A stretch of DNA of 64,000 nt from Dehalococcoidia bacterium (GTDB taxonomy: Bacteria > Chloroflexota > Dehalococcoidia > Lucifugimonadales > UBA2962). Numbering within the stretch: position 1 is the stretch's first letter; each line of letters opens with the position of its first letter. Below the pieces are notes generated by a model that did not search any database, was not told where the DNA came from, and was given only the letters and a program-made list of their open reading frames with translations. Location: the NCBI GenBank assembly GCA_963664125.2, contig OY760908.2, forward strand, positions 1,276,314 through 1,340,313, written 5' to 3'. Below, piece by piece: positions 8,797-18,850 of the stretch. Made by a program: the position numbers and the translations under genes.

Positions 8797-11700
8797 TCAG
8801 CAGGCAGCAGCCCAGACCTCCGACAGCGCCTCGGCCTGCTCTAGGACGGTCTGAGTAGCCTTCTCCTGCCTATCGGGGGGGTAGCCGTGCCGCCGCAGGG
8901 TGCGGCGAACCAGCACACGAAGGTGGGCCCGGACGTTCTCGCGCAGGGTCCAGTCGATTGTCACGTTGCCCCGGACCGTCTCGACGAGCTCGCGGGCTAT
9001 ATCCCTGAGGGTATCGTCGCCGAGCACGCTTACGGCGCTGTCGTTCGTCTCAAGCGCATCGTAGAAGGCCAGTTCGTCCTCCGACAGGCCCAGCCGCTCG
9101 CCCCGCGCGTTGGCCTCGCGCATCTCTCTTGCAAGGCCGATGAGTTCTTCGATGACCTGTGCCGCCTCTATCGCTCTGTTTCGGTAGCGCCGAAGGGTCT
9201 GCTCCAGCATCTCGGCAAACGATCGGGCTTGGACGACGTTCCTGCTCCTGCGCGTGGTGACTTCCCCCCTGAGGAGCTTTTGCAGCAGTTCCACGGCGAG
9301 GTTGCGGTGCTTCATCCCGCGCACCTCGGCCAGGAACTCGTCCGACAGGATTGAGATGTCCGGCTTTTCTAGGCCTGCGGCGGCGAACACGTCCATCACG
9401 CCTTGGGATGCGACAGCGCGGGAGACGATCTGCCGAACGGCTAGATCCAGCTCCTCCTCCGGCCGTTCCTCGCTCGTCGCCCGCTTGGACAGCGCCGCCC
9501 GCACCGCCTGGAAGAACCCCACGTCGTCGCGGATGCGCGTAGTCTCTGGGTGGGGCACCGCCAGCGCGAAGGCCTGCGAAAGCTCCTGCACGACGCTTAA
9601 GCAGCGCTCTTTGCCGTCCTGCTGGGCGAGCACGTGCTCTTGGGCGGCCGGTAGGAGGCTCAGGCGCTCCGTACCCGTGCCCGAGATCCAGCCTGACCAG
9701 TCGAATCCGTGGAACAGGGCGCAGCACACCTCGTACTTTTCCTGCATCACCGCAGCCGCTTCAGCCTTGTCCAGCGCCGCTCGTCCCTCGCCGCCGCTCT
9801 CGGTGTAGCTGGCGATCGCCCGCTTCAGTTCGTGGGCAAGGCCGAGGTAGTCCACCACTAAGCCGCCCGGCTTGTCCCTGAACACACGGTTGACGCGGGC
9901 GATGGCTTGCACCAGCCCGTGCCCGCGCATCGGCTTGTCTACGTACATCGTGTGCAGGCTCGGCGCATCGAACCCCGTGAGCCACATGTCGCGCACAAGC
10001 ACGACCCGCATCGGGTCTCCTGGCTCGCGGAACCGCTTTGCCAGCGCTTCCCTGCGCGCCTTGTTGCGGATGTGTGGCTGCCACTCCGGCGGGTCGGAGG
10101 CGGAGCCGGTCATCACCACCTTCATTACTCCGTCGCCGTCGTCGCCGTCGTGCCAACTGGGGCGAAGACGCGCCAGTTCCCTGTAAAGATCGATGCAGAT
10201 CCGCCGACTCATGCAGACGACCATTGCTTTGCCGTCCATGGCCTCCAGTCGCTGCTCGAAATGGGCGACGATGTCGGCGGCGACCTGCTCCACCCGCCTC
10301 CGGGCGCCGACGACCGCCTCCAGCCGCGCCCACTTGGTCTTGAGCCTGTCCCTCCGCTCCACCTCTTCGCCCTCGGTGACCTCCTCGAATTCGAGGTCGA
10401 CCTTTGGCCTTTCGGCATCGTCTAGGGCCAGTTCAGCTAGGCGGCTCTCGTAGTAAATGGGCACCGTGGATCCGTCCTCTACGGAGCGCCGAATGTCGTA
10501 GATGCTGATGTAGTTGCCGAAGACGGCTCGGGTGTTTGCGTCCCTGAGCTCGATGGGCGTCCCAGTGAAGCCGACGAAGGACGCGTTGGGCAGCGCATCC
10601 CGCATGTGTCGGGCGTAGCCGTCGATGAAGTCGTACTGGCTTCGGTGTGCCTCGTCTGCGATGACGACGACGTTGCGCCTTTTGGACAGGATAGGGTGGG
10701 TGTCGCCTTTCTCCTCGGGGAAGAACTTCTGGATGGTGGTGAATACTACGCCGCCGGCATTCACTGACAACTTACTGCGCAGGTCAGCGCGGCTCTCTGC
10801 TTGGGTCGGCGGCTGGCGCAGCAGGTCTTGGCATCGCGAGAAGGTGCCGAATAGCTGGTCGTCCAAGTCGTTTCGGTCGGTAAGCACCACGATGGTCGGG
10901 TTCTCCATCGCCGGCTCTCGGATGACTGCTCCCGCGTAGAAGGCCATCGTGAGGCTCTTGCCGGCCCCCTGGGTGTGCCAGACCACGCCGACTCGGTGGT
11001 CACCGGGCTCTCCACCCGGCCTGCGGCCCGCCTCGTAGACGCCGTGAGGGTCGGACAGCCCTGCGCCTGTCCGCTGCAGCTTGGTTGCCCGTAGCGTCTC
11101 GCCGACCGCAGCGCGCACCGCGCCGAACTGGTGATAGCCGGCCATTTTCTTGACGAGCGGTGCACCGTCGCCGTCCTCGAACACGATGAAGTTACGGACC
11201 AGAGCAAGGAAGCGGCTCGGCTCAAAGACGCCTTCCAGCAGGACTTGGAGTTCAGTAAGCCCAGAAGCCGCCAGCGTCTCCCCAGTGGCGGTGCGCCAAG
11301 GCTTGAACCACTCCCTACCCGATGTGAGCGTGCCCACGCGGGCCGTAGTCCCGTCGGAGACCACCAGGGCCTCGTTCATTGAGAACAGTGTAGGCAGCTC
11401 GGCCTTGTAGGTCTGGAGCTGCTGCCACGCCGTCCAGATGGTGGCGTCCTCGTCGGCGGGGTTCTTCAACTCGATGATGCCCAGGGGAAGGCCGTTGACG
11501 AACAGCGCCACGTCCGGCCTGCGGGTGTTCCTGTTCTCGGAGACAGTGAACTGGTTGACGGCCAGCCAGTCGTTGTTGGAGGAGTTGTCGAAGTCAATGA
11601 CTCGGATCTGGTCGCCGCGCACCCGTCCCTCAGAATCGCGATACTCGATCTCCACGCCATTGACCAACATCCGGTGAAAGGCGCGGTTGCGGGCCTCCAG

Positions 11701-11943
11701 GGTCGAGCCTTCCGGGCGGGTCAGCTTGCGGAACGCGTCGTCGAGCGCCGATACGGGCAAGCCGGGGTTCAATTCAGCCAGAGCGTCTCGTAGCCGTCGC
11801 TCCAGCACCACCTGGCCGTAGTCCGTGCGCTCGGCGCTGGGTGTCTCGGGAGCGATATCCGGGCCATGCTCCACGCTCCAGCCAAGGTCGGCGAGCCAGT
11901 CGAGGGCGGCCTGCTCGACATCGGCCTCGGTGATGGTGGTCAT
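8797..11943 (-). CDS. hsdR: type I restriction enzyme, R subunit
   Basis: 1048 aa with Walker A (TQGAGKSLT), a DEAH-type box (IADEAHRSQ) and the typical HsdR N-terminus ([17 protein letters not shown]). Confidence 0.95.
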   Translation of the reverse strand: MTTITEADVEQAALDWLADLGWSVEHGPDIAPETPSAERTDYGQVVLERRLRDALAELNPGLPVSALDDAFRKLTRPEGSTLEARNRAFHRMLVNGVEIEYRDSEGRVRGDQIRVIDFDNSSNNDWLAVNQFTVSENRNTRRPDVALFVNGLPLGIIELKNPADEDATIWTAWQQLQTYKAELPTLFSMNEALVVSDGTTARVGTLTSGREWFKPWRTATGETLAASGLTELQVLLEGVFEPSRFLALVRNFIVFEDGDGAPLVKKMAGYHQFGAVRAAVGETLRATKLQRTGAGLSDPHGVYEAGRRPGGEPGDHRVGVVWHTQGAGKSLTMAFYAGAVIREPAMENPTIVVLTDRNDLDDQLFGTFSRCQDLLRQPPTQAESRADLRSKLSVNAGGVVFTTIQKFFPEEKGDTHPILSKRRNVVVIADEAHRSQYDFIDGYARHMRDALPNASFVGFTGTPIELRDANTRAVFGNYISIYDIRRSVEDGSTVPIYYESRLAELALDDAERPKVDLEFEEVTEGEEVERRDRLKTKWARLEAVVGARRRVEQVAADIVAHFEQRLEAMDGKAMVVCMSRRICIDLYRELARLRPSWHDGDDGDGVMKVVMTGSASDPPEWQPHIRNKARREALAKRFREPGDPMRVVLVRDMWLTGFDAPSLHTMYVDKPMRGHGLVQAIARVNRVFRDKPGGLVVDYLGLAHELKRAIASYTESGGEGRAALDKAEAAAVMQEKYEVCCALFHGFDWSGWISGTGTERLSLLPAAQEHVLAQQDGKERCLSVVQELSQAFALAVPHPETTRIRDDVGFFQAVRAALSKRATSEERPEEELDLAVRQIVSRAVASQGVMDVFAAAGLEKPDISILSDEFLAEVRGMKHRNLAVELLQKLLRGEVTTRRSRNVVQARSFAEMLEQTLRRYRNRAIEAAQVIEELIGLAREMREANARGERLGLSEDELAFYDALETNDSAVSVLGDDTLRDIARELVETVRGNVTIDWTLRENVRAHLRVLVRRTLRRHGYPPDRQEKATQTVLEQAEALSEVWAAAC

Positions 11944-12929
11944 TAGTTGGAGTCTTTCTTGGTGTAGTGCTTGTCCAACTCGACCATGATGTTAGGATTG
12001 AAGAAGGGTTTCTTGGCACTCTTGGTATTGCCAGGATCGAGGAAGCGTAGACGGCCAAAACGCTCATCAGCTTGCAGACTCTTCCGAATATTGTGATACT
12101 TTTGATTCTCCTTAAAGTCCTCGTAGCGTTTCTTGCATCCCTCGGTGAGTCTCGCGTAATCCCAAGGATAACGTTCCCGAATGTCTTCTTCGGTCAGTTT
12201 GACTGGTGCTGCCGATGAGTCGTTTGTTACTTGAACTTGAACCGCGTCACTCGATTTCGATTTAGTGAACTTAAGTTCAACGTTCACACTTACCGAGTAT
12301 GGAGATTTTGGATCTAGTTCAGATGTGTCAATGCTGTCTAAGAATGCTATGAAATCTTTTTCTTCCGTGTTGAGTAATGAACTTTCCACATTGAACGACG
12401 GGGCCACAAAAGAGAGCGGCATCAAATGGATATTAAATTCTGTAACACCCCGTTGGAACCATTCCTGAACTACATTCACGAAATTCTTTACACAAGCCGC
12501 GCCGATTTCGTATAGACGAGTATTGAAAGTCTGAGATTCATTGTAAAAGTGTGTAGCACAGTCTCGGAACTCTAACATTACTTGTATGTTTTGAGACGCA
12601 GAACTATCAAGGATGTTTTTCTTGACCAGCTGTTTGGCCAAGTAGCCGATCTCATGAGTGAACGGAACTAGGGATCGAGTTCTCTTGATGAATTTCCTCT
12701 TATCTCTCTGGCCCGTCTTCGTTTGACGATACTCATAGACATAGAGCGAATGCTTCTTGTGTCCATGCAACTCTAGCCATTTCGCCTTTAGCAGAAGTTC
12801 CCAGGCATTGATGGCAAGAATAGCGAATGATTCATTCCTGTAGGGAAATCCAGGTTTGTTGTATATCTCGATGGCAGCTACCATTGCCAGTACAGATCTA
12901 TCTAGAAGTTCCATCGAAAGCGACTTCAT
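11943..12929 (-). CDS. DUF3644-like protein of unknown function embedded between hsdS and hsdR
   Basis: 328 aa. The N-terminus ...[35 protein letters not shown] matches my recollection of the DUF3644 signature. GC is about 35-42% on hand-counted lines, against about 60% for hsdR and hsdM. Its TAA stop shares one nt with the hsdR ATG (TAATG). Confidence 0.6.
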   Translation of the reverse strand: MKSLSMELLDRSVLAMVAAIEIYNKPGFPYRNESFAILAINAWELLLKAKWLELHGHKKHSLYVYEYRQTKTGQRDKRKFIKRTRSLVPFTHEIGYLAKQLVKKNILDSSASQNIQVMLEFRDCATHFYNESQTFNTRLYEIGAACVKNFVNVVQEWFQRGVTEFNIHLMPLSFVAPSFNVESSLLNTEEKDFIAFLDSIDTSELDPKSPYSVSVNVELKFTKSKSSDAVQVQVTNDSSAAPVKLTEEDIRERYPWDYARLTEGCKKRYEDFKENQKYHNIRKSLQADERFGRLRFLDPGNTKSAKKPFFNPNIMVELDKHYTKKDSN

Positions 12930-12935
12930 ACTTAT

Positions 12936-14324
12936 CTAGTCCTCATCAGACAATGAGTCCCGCAATCGAACTGTCCTTGCCACAAGCTGCGGCAGCAGAG
13001 CATCCCGCTGCGCGGCGAGAGCACGGGATGCGTGCAAGTTCTTGAGAATACGCCCCATCAGAGGCTTCACTGTCGACTCGAAGCCCTTCGCTAGTTCTAT
13101 AGGCGGCACTGTTGCATCAACGAACTTGAAGGTTTGACGGGTGATGGTGTCGAATATCGTACCATGAGTTCGCTGTTGCAACTCATCGACGGCCGTCCTG
13201 ACATTCCAGTAGATGAAGAGGTCAGGATATCCATATGCACCGCGAATCCCGTAGCACGTCTGATTCATGGCCATAGGCACGCCAAGACAAGCGAGTCTTC
13301 CGACAGTGCCCCTAGCGGTGATTACCGTAGTCCCCATCGGAAGAACTTTCGCAGCGCTGTTATCAATCCCTGCTTGAGTGACGGTCCTTTCAGTTTCCAA
13401 GACAAACACATCACTCAGGTTGGGAGCGTCTTTAGCGGTATACCAAGGAATGTCTCCATCCCAGTAGTCCGATAAGGATGTCTTGGGCGTACCCCCACTA
13501 AGGAGTTCAATCGTATCGTCCAAGACGCCAACCTCCCACCCCTCCGGTATCTCCCCAAGGTACGAGTCTACCAGCCGGTCTGGGAACAGGTCGTAGAGGT
13601 CGGCGGGGAGGCCGGGGAGCGACTCGCCCCTGCGCCATCTCCCCTCCATCTTGGCGCGCACGGGGTCAAAGTCCACGCACCACGACTTGAATAGCGCCCG
13701 CGCCATCGCCTCCAGCGTCTCGTTCATCCGCCGGTTCAACTCAATCTTGTCGTCCAGTGTTCCGAGCACGTGGGCAATGGCCTGTTGCTCCGATAGAGGC
13801 GGAAGGGGAACTTCTAGGGACTCGATCATCCCCTTCGTGAGAGCGTTGCGAGTGCCTCCTGAACCTGCCCATGAAAGTAGCAGGGCTTGCGTCTCCGGAG
13901 AAACCAAGTGATAGCGAAGATAACCTGCATCCAGATGGTCATAGCTTGGCCGGATGATCGCCACGTGCTGATTGACCCGGGCTGGCAGAACATCGCGGGC
14001 AACTTGGCACACACGGGCTACCGAGTCACCGGTGATATTGAGTAAGACATCTCCTTCAAAAACTTCCACGCCTTTCAGTTCGGTGGCATGGTGTTCTCCA
14101 ATGAACGCCAAGCCGTCTCGGTGAAAGCCATCGTTATGCACGTTCTGGCTTCGAATCAGTGCATAGGGCCCTTGTTCCAAGTAGACATCTCTGCCCCCGC
14201 GAGGAGTCGCACCACTGCCAATCTTGGTGCAAACCTCTCCCAGCGTCACCTCATGCCAACCGTTTGAAGCGCCAGTGATGTCTGCCCCATGGGCGACAAA
14301 TTCGTTTAGAGGCAGGCTAGTCAT
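12936..14324 (-). CDS. hsdS: type I restriction-modification specificity subunit
   Basis: 462 aa with two target-recognition halves, each followed by conserved helices (LPPLSEQQAIAHVLGTLDDKIELNRRMNETLEAMARALFKSW; ...LHASRALAAQRDALLPQLV). GC is about 50%. Confidence 0.9.
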   Translation of the reverse strand: MTSLPLNEFVAHGADITGASNGWHEVTLGEVCTKIGSGATPRGGRDVYLEQGPYALIRSQNVHNDGFHRDGLAFIGEHHATELKGVEVFEGDVLLNITGDSVARVCQVARDVLPARVNQHVAIIRPSYDHLDAGYLRYHLVSPETQALLLSWAGSGGTRNALTKGMIESLEVPLPPLSEQQAIAHVLGTLDDKIELNRRMNETLEAMARALFKSWCVDFDPVRAKMEGRWRRGESLPGLPADLYDLFPDRLVDSYLGEIPEGWEVGVLDDTIELLSGGTPKTSLSDYWDGDIPWYTAKDAPNLSDVFVLETERTVTQAGIDNSAAKVLPMGTTVITARGTVGRLACLGVPMAMNQTCYGIRGAYGYPDLFIYWNVRTAVDELQQRTHGTIFDTITRQTFKFVDATVPPIELAKGFESTVKPLMGRILKNLHASRALAAQRDALLPQLVARTVRLRDSLSDED

Positions 14325-14664
14325 TGGCCTTCCTCCATGAGGGCGTCAACTCGCGGCTGAGGGTTGGAAGGTCGGATTCAATGACAAACCACACTGCCCG
14401 ATCGTTCACGTCTGAGTAGCCGTGGATCAGTATGTTGCGAAAACCTATGATCTGCTCGCACTCGCTTATCCGTGAGGCAAGCTGAGGGGCGAATTTTGCC
14501 AAACGGGTCATGGCTTCACCGATGATTTCAAACTCCCGCTCCACCGCGGCGCGCATCATGGCATTGGACTGGTAGTCAGCGAAGGTCTTGCCATCTGTGA
14601 ACTCCCGAATCAACCTGACGGCCTGCTGTATGTCGTACAGGTATTTCTTGGCCTCACGCTGCAT
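14317..14664 (-). CDS. hepT: HepT-like (DUF86) RNase toxin
   Basis: 115 aa from ATG 14664 ([15 protein letters not shown]...). The RX4HXY motif is present as RNILIHGY. It overlaps the mntA stop by 11 nt and the hsdS start by 8 nt. Confidence 0.85.
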   Translation of the reverse strand: MQREAKKYLYDIQQAVRLIREFTDGKTFADYQSNAMMRAAVEREFEIIGEAMTRLAKFAPQLASRISECEQIIGFRNILIHGYSDVNDRAVWFVIESDLPTLSRELTPSWRKAND

Positions 14665-14962
14665 AGACCAGCACCTTGCTTTCATAAACCGATTCCCGGA
14701 AGTACGGGTTCTTGATGCTGGAGTCGTCCACCAGATCCACGGCGCGCCCAAACATCTGCTCCAGAGACTTCAGCAGTCCAAAATAGGCGGCGCCATAAGC
14801 TCTCACCGGCAACTCCTTGAACTCCACCAGGAAGTCTAAGTCGCTGTCTGCCGACCGATATTTCCCGGTGGCAGCCGAACCAAAGAGTTCCAGGCGCAAG
14901 ACGCTGTAGCGTTGGCAGAGCGACTCCAGTTCAGCGCTGTGCTCAGCAACTATTGGAATCAT
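14654..14962 (-). CDS. mntA: MntA-like minimal nucleotidyltransferase antitoxin
   Basis: 102 aa with the GSX10DXD-type motif [21 protein letters not shown]. Its ATG overlaps the hsdM stop (ATGA). Confidence 0.85.
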   Translation of the reverse strand: MIPIVAEHSAELESLCQRYSVLRLELFGSAATGKYRSADSDLDFLVEFKELPVRAYGAAYFGLLKSLEQMFGRAVDLVDDSSIKNPYFRESVYESKVLVYAA

Positions 14963-16575
14963 CTCGCATCCTCCCTCCTGGTCCCGAACCCCAGCCGCGC
15001 CAGGTTGGCTTCAATCTCCGCGTCCAGCCGTTGCGCCTCGGCTTGCTGCTCCCGCCATTGGGCCGATAGACGTGCCATCTTCTCGGCGAAGGGTTCGCCG
15101 TCGTCCTCCTGCGGTGCTGCGCCGACGTAGCGGCCGGGGGTGAGCACGTGGCCGTGCTTGCGCATCTCCTCCGGCGTCGCGCTCTTGCAGAAGCCGGGTT
15201 CATCGGCGTAACCCTCACCCTGGCCCTCTGGATTCCCGCTTTCGCGGGAATGACGGGTGTGGCCGCGCCAGGCGTGGTAGGTGTCTGCGATGCGGGCGAT
15301 GTCCTCCGCAGACAGGTCGCGGCGCGTGCGGTCGAGCATGTGCCCCAGTTTGCGGGCGTCAATGAAAAGGGTCTCGCCCATTCGCTCTCCGCCGTCTCGT
15401 CCCCGCCGCAGGAACCATAGGCAGGCGGGAATCTGGGTGGAGCGGAACAGCTGGCCCGGCAGGGCGATGATGCAATCGACGAGACCGGCTTCGATGATGT
15501 TCTTGCGAATCTCACCCTCACCGGACTGATTCGACGACATGGAGCCGTTGGCAAGGACGAAGCCCGCGATGCCACGCGGCGCAAGGTGGTAGAGTAAGTG
15601 CTGCACCCAGGCGAAGTTGGCGTTGCCCACAGGCGGGACTCCGTGCTCCCACCGCTTATCATCCTTGAGCTGCTCGCCACCCCAGTCGGACACGTTGAAG
15701 GGAGGATTCGCCAGGATGTAGTCGGCCCGCAGGTCTGGGTGGCGGTCGTTGTGGAAGCTGTCGCCGTGCTCTATCCGGCCCTCAATGCCGCGGATTGCTA
15801 GATTCATCCGGGCCATGCGCCAGGTGGTGTAATTGGACTCCTGCCCGTAGATGGAAATGTCGCCTTTCGCCCCAGCCCTCGGAAGGCCTCCCGCGTGGGC
15901 GCGAATGAAGTCCACCGACTGGACGAACATGCCGGAAGAGCCGCAGCACGGATCGTAGACCCGTCCCCTGTAGGGCTCCAGCATCTCTACGAGCAGCCGT
16001 ACGACGCTGCGGGGCGTGTAGAACTCGCCGCCCTTCCTGCCCTCCGCTATGGCGAACTGCTCGAGAAAGTACTCGTAGACGCCGCCCAGCACGTCCGTGG
16101 CCCGGGCTTCGGTTCCGCCGACCTTGATGTTGCTGACGAGGTCTACCACCTGCCCCAGGCGGGTCTTGTCGAGGGCGGGCCGTGCATAGTCCTTGGGCAG
16201 CACGTCCTTTAGCGCCGGATTGTCCCGTTCGATAGCGACCATGGCGTCGTCCACCAATCGCCCGATAGTGGGCTGGCGCGTCTGGTTCCTGAGATACGGC
16301 CAGCGGGCCTCGGGCGGCACCCAGAAGATGTTCTGGGCGCGGTACTCGTCGGGGTCTTCTGGATTGGCCCCGTCTTCCACCTGCCGCAGCAGCAGGGCAT
16401 GGGCCTCTTCAAAGGCATCCGAGATGTACTTGAGGAAGATCAGGCCGAGGACGACGTGCTTGTACTCGGCGGCGTCCATGCTGCCCCGCAGGGCGTCGGC
16501 CATCCGCCAGTACTCGGTCTCATGGCCCGAGTCGGCCGATTGGTCCCTTGGGCTTCCCTTTCGGGCGGTGGTCAC
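14959..16575 (-). CDS. hsdM: type I restriction-modification N6-adenine DNA methyltransferase subunit
   Basis: 538 aa with the NPPF catalytic motif ([13 protein letters not shown]), the SAM motif [12 protein letters not shown] and the HsdM N-terminal domain ([16 protein letters not shown]). Confidence 0.95.
   Translation of the reverse strand: MTTARKGSPRDQSADSGHETEYWRMADALRGSMDAAEYKHVVLGLIFLKYISDAFEEAHALLLRQVEDGANPEDPDEYRAQNIFWVPPEARWPYLRNQTRQPTIGRLVDDAMVAIERDNPALKDVLPKDYARPALDKTRLGQVVDLVSNIKVGGTEARATDVLGGVYEYFLEQFAIAEGRKGGEFYTPRSVVRLLVEMLEPYRGRVYDPCCGSSGMFVQSVDFIRAHAGGLPRAGAKGDISIYGQESNYTTWRMARMNLAIRGIEGRIEHGDSFHNDRHPDLRADYILANPPFNVSDWGGEQLKDDKRWEHGVPPVGNANFAWVQHLLYHLAPRGIAGFVLANGSMSSNQSGEGEIRKNIIEAGLVDCIIALPGQLFRSTQIPACLWFLRRGRDGGERMGETLFIDARKLGHMLDRTRRDLSAEDIARIADTYHAWRGHTRHSRESGNPEGQGEGYADEPGFCKSATPEEMRKHGHVLTPGRYVGAAPQEDDGEPFAEKMARLSAQWREQQAEAQRLDAEIEANLARLGFGTRREDAR
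15232..15251. repeat. perfect 8-bp-stem palindrome (ATTCCCGC-TTTC-GCGGGAAT) lying in-frame inside hsdM
   Basis: Read directly from the sequence. It encodes HSRESGNPE in HsdM and VIPAKAGIQ in another frame, which are peptide signatures I associate with REP-like palindromic elements. Confidence 0.7.
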
Positions 16576-16970
16576 TTAGTTCGCCTTAGCTCACGGTCCC
16601 CGGGCCGGCCCCGGCAGCCTTCCAGTCTCGACTCTAAGCCTGCCGGGCCCGCATCCGCGATGGTTCAGGAATCCTGAGGTTCCGCTGCCCTCGACGGAAC
16701 GGATTGATGATTCGGCCTCCATGCTGCGGCTGGACGGGTAGGGGAGAATCCTGCAACCTTGCCGCCCGTGCCTTGAGGTCACATTCCATGGCGTGCGGGC
16801 CCACTTTGGGCTCAAGCACCATCTCAAATGGTCGGACCGTGCCATCTCCTCATATCGCCTGAACGTAGTGGGGCATAGCCTAACTCATAGTACATGGACA
16901 GGCCGGTATTCCAAGAGCGCCTATGCGCCCGGCAGATTGACTATGCGAACCATCGCCTCGCTGCCGCGTC

Positions 16971-18278
16971 CTACTGGGGAACAGCGCCAGTACGTCGAAA
17001 CGGGGAATGGGGATGGCCGGCGTACGGTGCCGCGATGGTGGCTCGTGCGGGGCTGCGCTCCAGCGATGCCGCCGGGAGGATAAGGAGCACTTCCGAGCCG
17101 TCGATAAGGCTATAGCTGGCGTCCCTGCCTGAGAGTTCCTTGGTCTCGCGCAGTATGGTCGGAACTCCGCCGCCAAGGCGTTCCATGATGTACTGCCTGC
17201 CCTCCGATCCCCGTATTCCTCCAACTGGCATCCGGGCCAGCACTGAGGTCAGTGCATCGTTGGGAGTCGCTTGCCGGGTTCCCATGCTCGCCAGTGTCAC
17301 GCCGTCAGGCAGCGAGCCCGGCGACTGTACCTCCAGGCGGTCTGCGAACATCGAGAGGCGGACCCTGCTGCCGCGCTTCGCGTAGTCACGGTGTGCCACG
17401 GCGTTGACAATAGCCTCGTACACCGCCCTCTCGCTGTATTGCGGCAAGTCCATCCGCGCGGGCTCCTTGCGTGCCGCGATTCGCATGTTCCTTGCCACGA
17501 AGACCATGGCATAGCGGATCTGCCGGCTGAGCGGGCCAGTGATGTCCTGCGAGTCGATATGCCCGGAGGCTCGGTCGATGCCTCGGTAGAGGGTCGCCGC
17601 GATGTCCGCGTTGGGCAGCCACTGTTCTGGACTCTGGGTGCACAGCAGGACTCCTGCCACCGTGGCTCGCAGGACTCCGTGGGCGTCGTTGGCCAGCAAT
17701 GCGAGTTCAGCCAGCGCTGTCCTGGGTTCCGCCTCGTCATCTGCACTGAGCATGGGCTCCCAGAGCGACTCGTCCAGGGTCCGAAAGCCGGTCCCGGGAA
17801 CGGTCTGCTCGTCAAACGACCGAGGCCGGGCCCGTCCACGCCGCTGGGTGAGGCGCAGTCCCTCGTCGCGCGTCATCCTGCGCTTGGCGCCGCCCACGCG
17901 AATGTAGCTTCCGCCCGAGGTCTCGTGGTGCGAGTCGCCTCTCGGAACCTCCACGACGAGCAACCGCCGACCATCAAGCTCCCTGTGGTGGGTGAGGATG
18001 AGAACGGCCGGCCTGATGAAGTCGGAGCTCGCCTCAACGGCGAGGGAGTCCAACTCGGCGATCTGCGGTCGCGACATGCCCTGCGGCTCGCCATCGTCCG
18101 CGACGCCGAGCAGCAGCGTGCCACCGCCTGCATTGGCGAAGGCTGCAATCTCATCAGCCAAATCCTCTCGGCTGGGCCGTGTGGGCCTGTTGCCGGAGAA
18201 CTCAAGTGCCTCAAATGCCCACAGGCTGTCTTCGCCCAGCCGCAGTCGGTGCCTGATCTCTTCGTCGCTGTACTTCAT
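16971..18278 (-). CDS. AlbA_2 (Schlafen-like) DNA-binding domain plus HATPase_c_4-type ATPase-like protein
   Basis: 435 aa from ATG 18278 (MKYSDEEIRHRLRLGED...). The AlbA_2 pattern is EIAAFANAGGGTLLLGVADDGEPQG. The C-terminal pattern is AVYEAIVNAVAHRDYAKRGSRVRLSMFADRLEVQSPGSLP. Confidence 0.75.
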   Translation of the reverse strand: MKYSDEEIRHRLRLGEDSLWAFEALEFSGNRPTRPSREDLADEIAAFANAGGGTLLLGVADDGEPQGMSRPQIAELDSLAVEASSDFIRPAVLILTHHRELDGRRLLVVEVPRGDSHHETSGGSYIRVGGAKRRMTRDEGLRLTQRRGRARPRSFDEQTVPGTGFRTLDESLWEPMLSADDEAEPRTALAELALLANDAHGVLRATVAGVLLCTQSPEQWLPNADIAATLYRGIDRASGHIDSQDITGPLSRQIRYAMVFVARNMRIAARKEPARMDLPQYSERAVYEAIVNAVAHRDYAKRGSRVRLSMFADRLEVQSPGSLPDGVTLASMGTRQATPNDALTSVLARMPVGGIRGSEGRQYIMERLGGGVPTILRETKELSGRDASYSLIDGSEVLLILPAASLERSPARATIAAPYAGHPHSPFRRTGAVPQ

Positions 18279-18850
18279 GGCTGGAGCACTCGGCTGACCA
18301 AGCCGTCCCCTTCGCAGCTCGCACCCAGGGGAACTTCTTGCTGGCAGCCTGCGCCCGCAGGGAACCATTCTAAGCGGATGGGCGAGGTGGGCCGAAGGCT
18401 GTTAACGCGGCGATCCGTAAAGGCCGACAACACAGGACCTCCTTCAGCAGCAAGTCTAGAGGGCGATCACTGCCTTCGCGGCCGCTACGGCACGTCTCCC
18501 AAGATAGCTGGTTCCGTCGCCTTGGTGGCTGGGTACGGCGGGAGAACCGGCCGGCCGTCTCCTCCGTCCGGCAGCAGCATGAGCGACATGTTGCCCGCAC
18601 CATACGGCGTCGCGGCGCTGCGGCTGGGCTCCGACGTGGTCGCCCGACCCGCGGGTCTCCTCAAACGCCGCGCTGTCTTGGAAGTCTGGAAGGCGTGAGC
18701 CCCACCCCAGCACCAAAGGGGCCAGGCGTGGTGAGCGATTCATACAGGGACAGGTCTTGGGACTTAGGACCGACGACGGGGTCCAGCGTTCGGGCCCCGA
18801 TGACGAGAGATCACTCTCGCCTGCTCTCGGTTGAGGCCTCGAGCCGACCG

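Noticed and set aside
16730-16800. Possible tRNA or tmRNA-like 3' end (minus strand ...GGTTGCAGGATTCTCCCCTACC...) in the spacer upstream of hsdM.
   Set aside because: It does not match the GGTTCGAATCC-type T-arm/loop consensus. No acceptor stem or anticodon arm could be built by eye.
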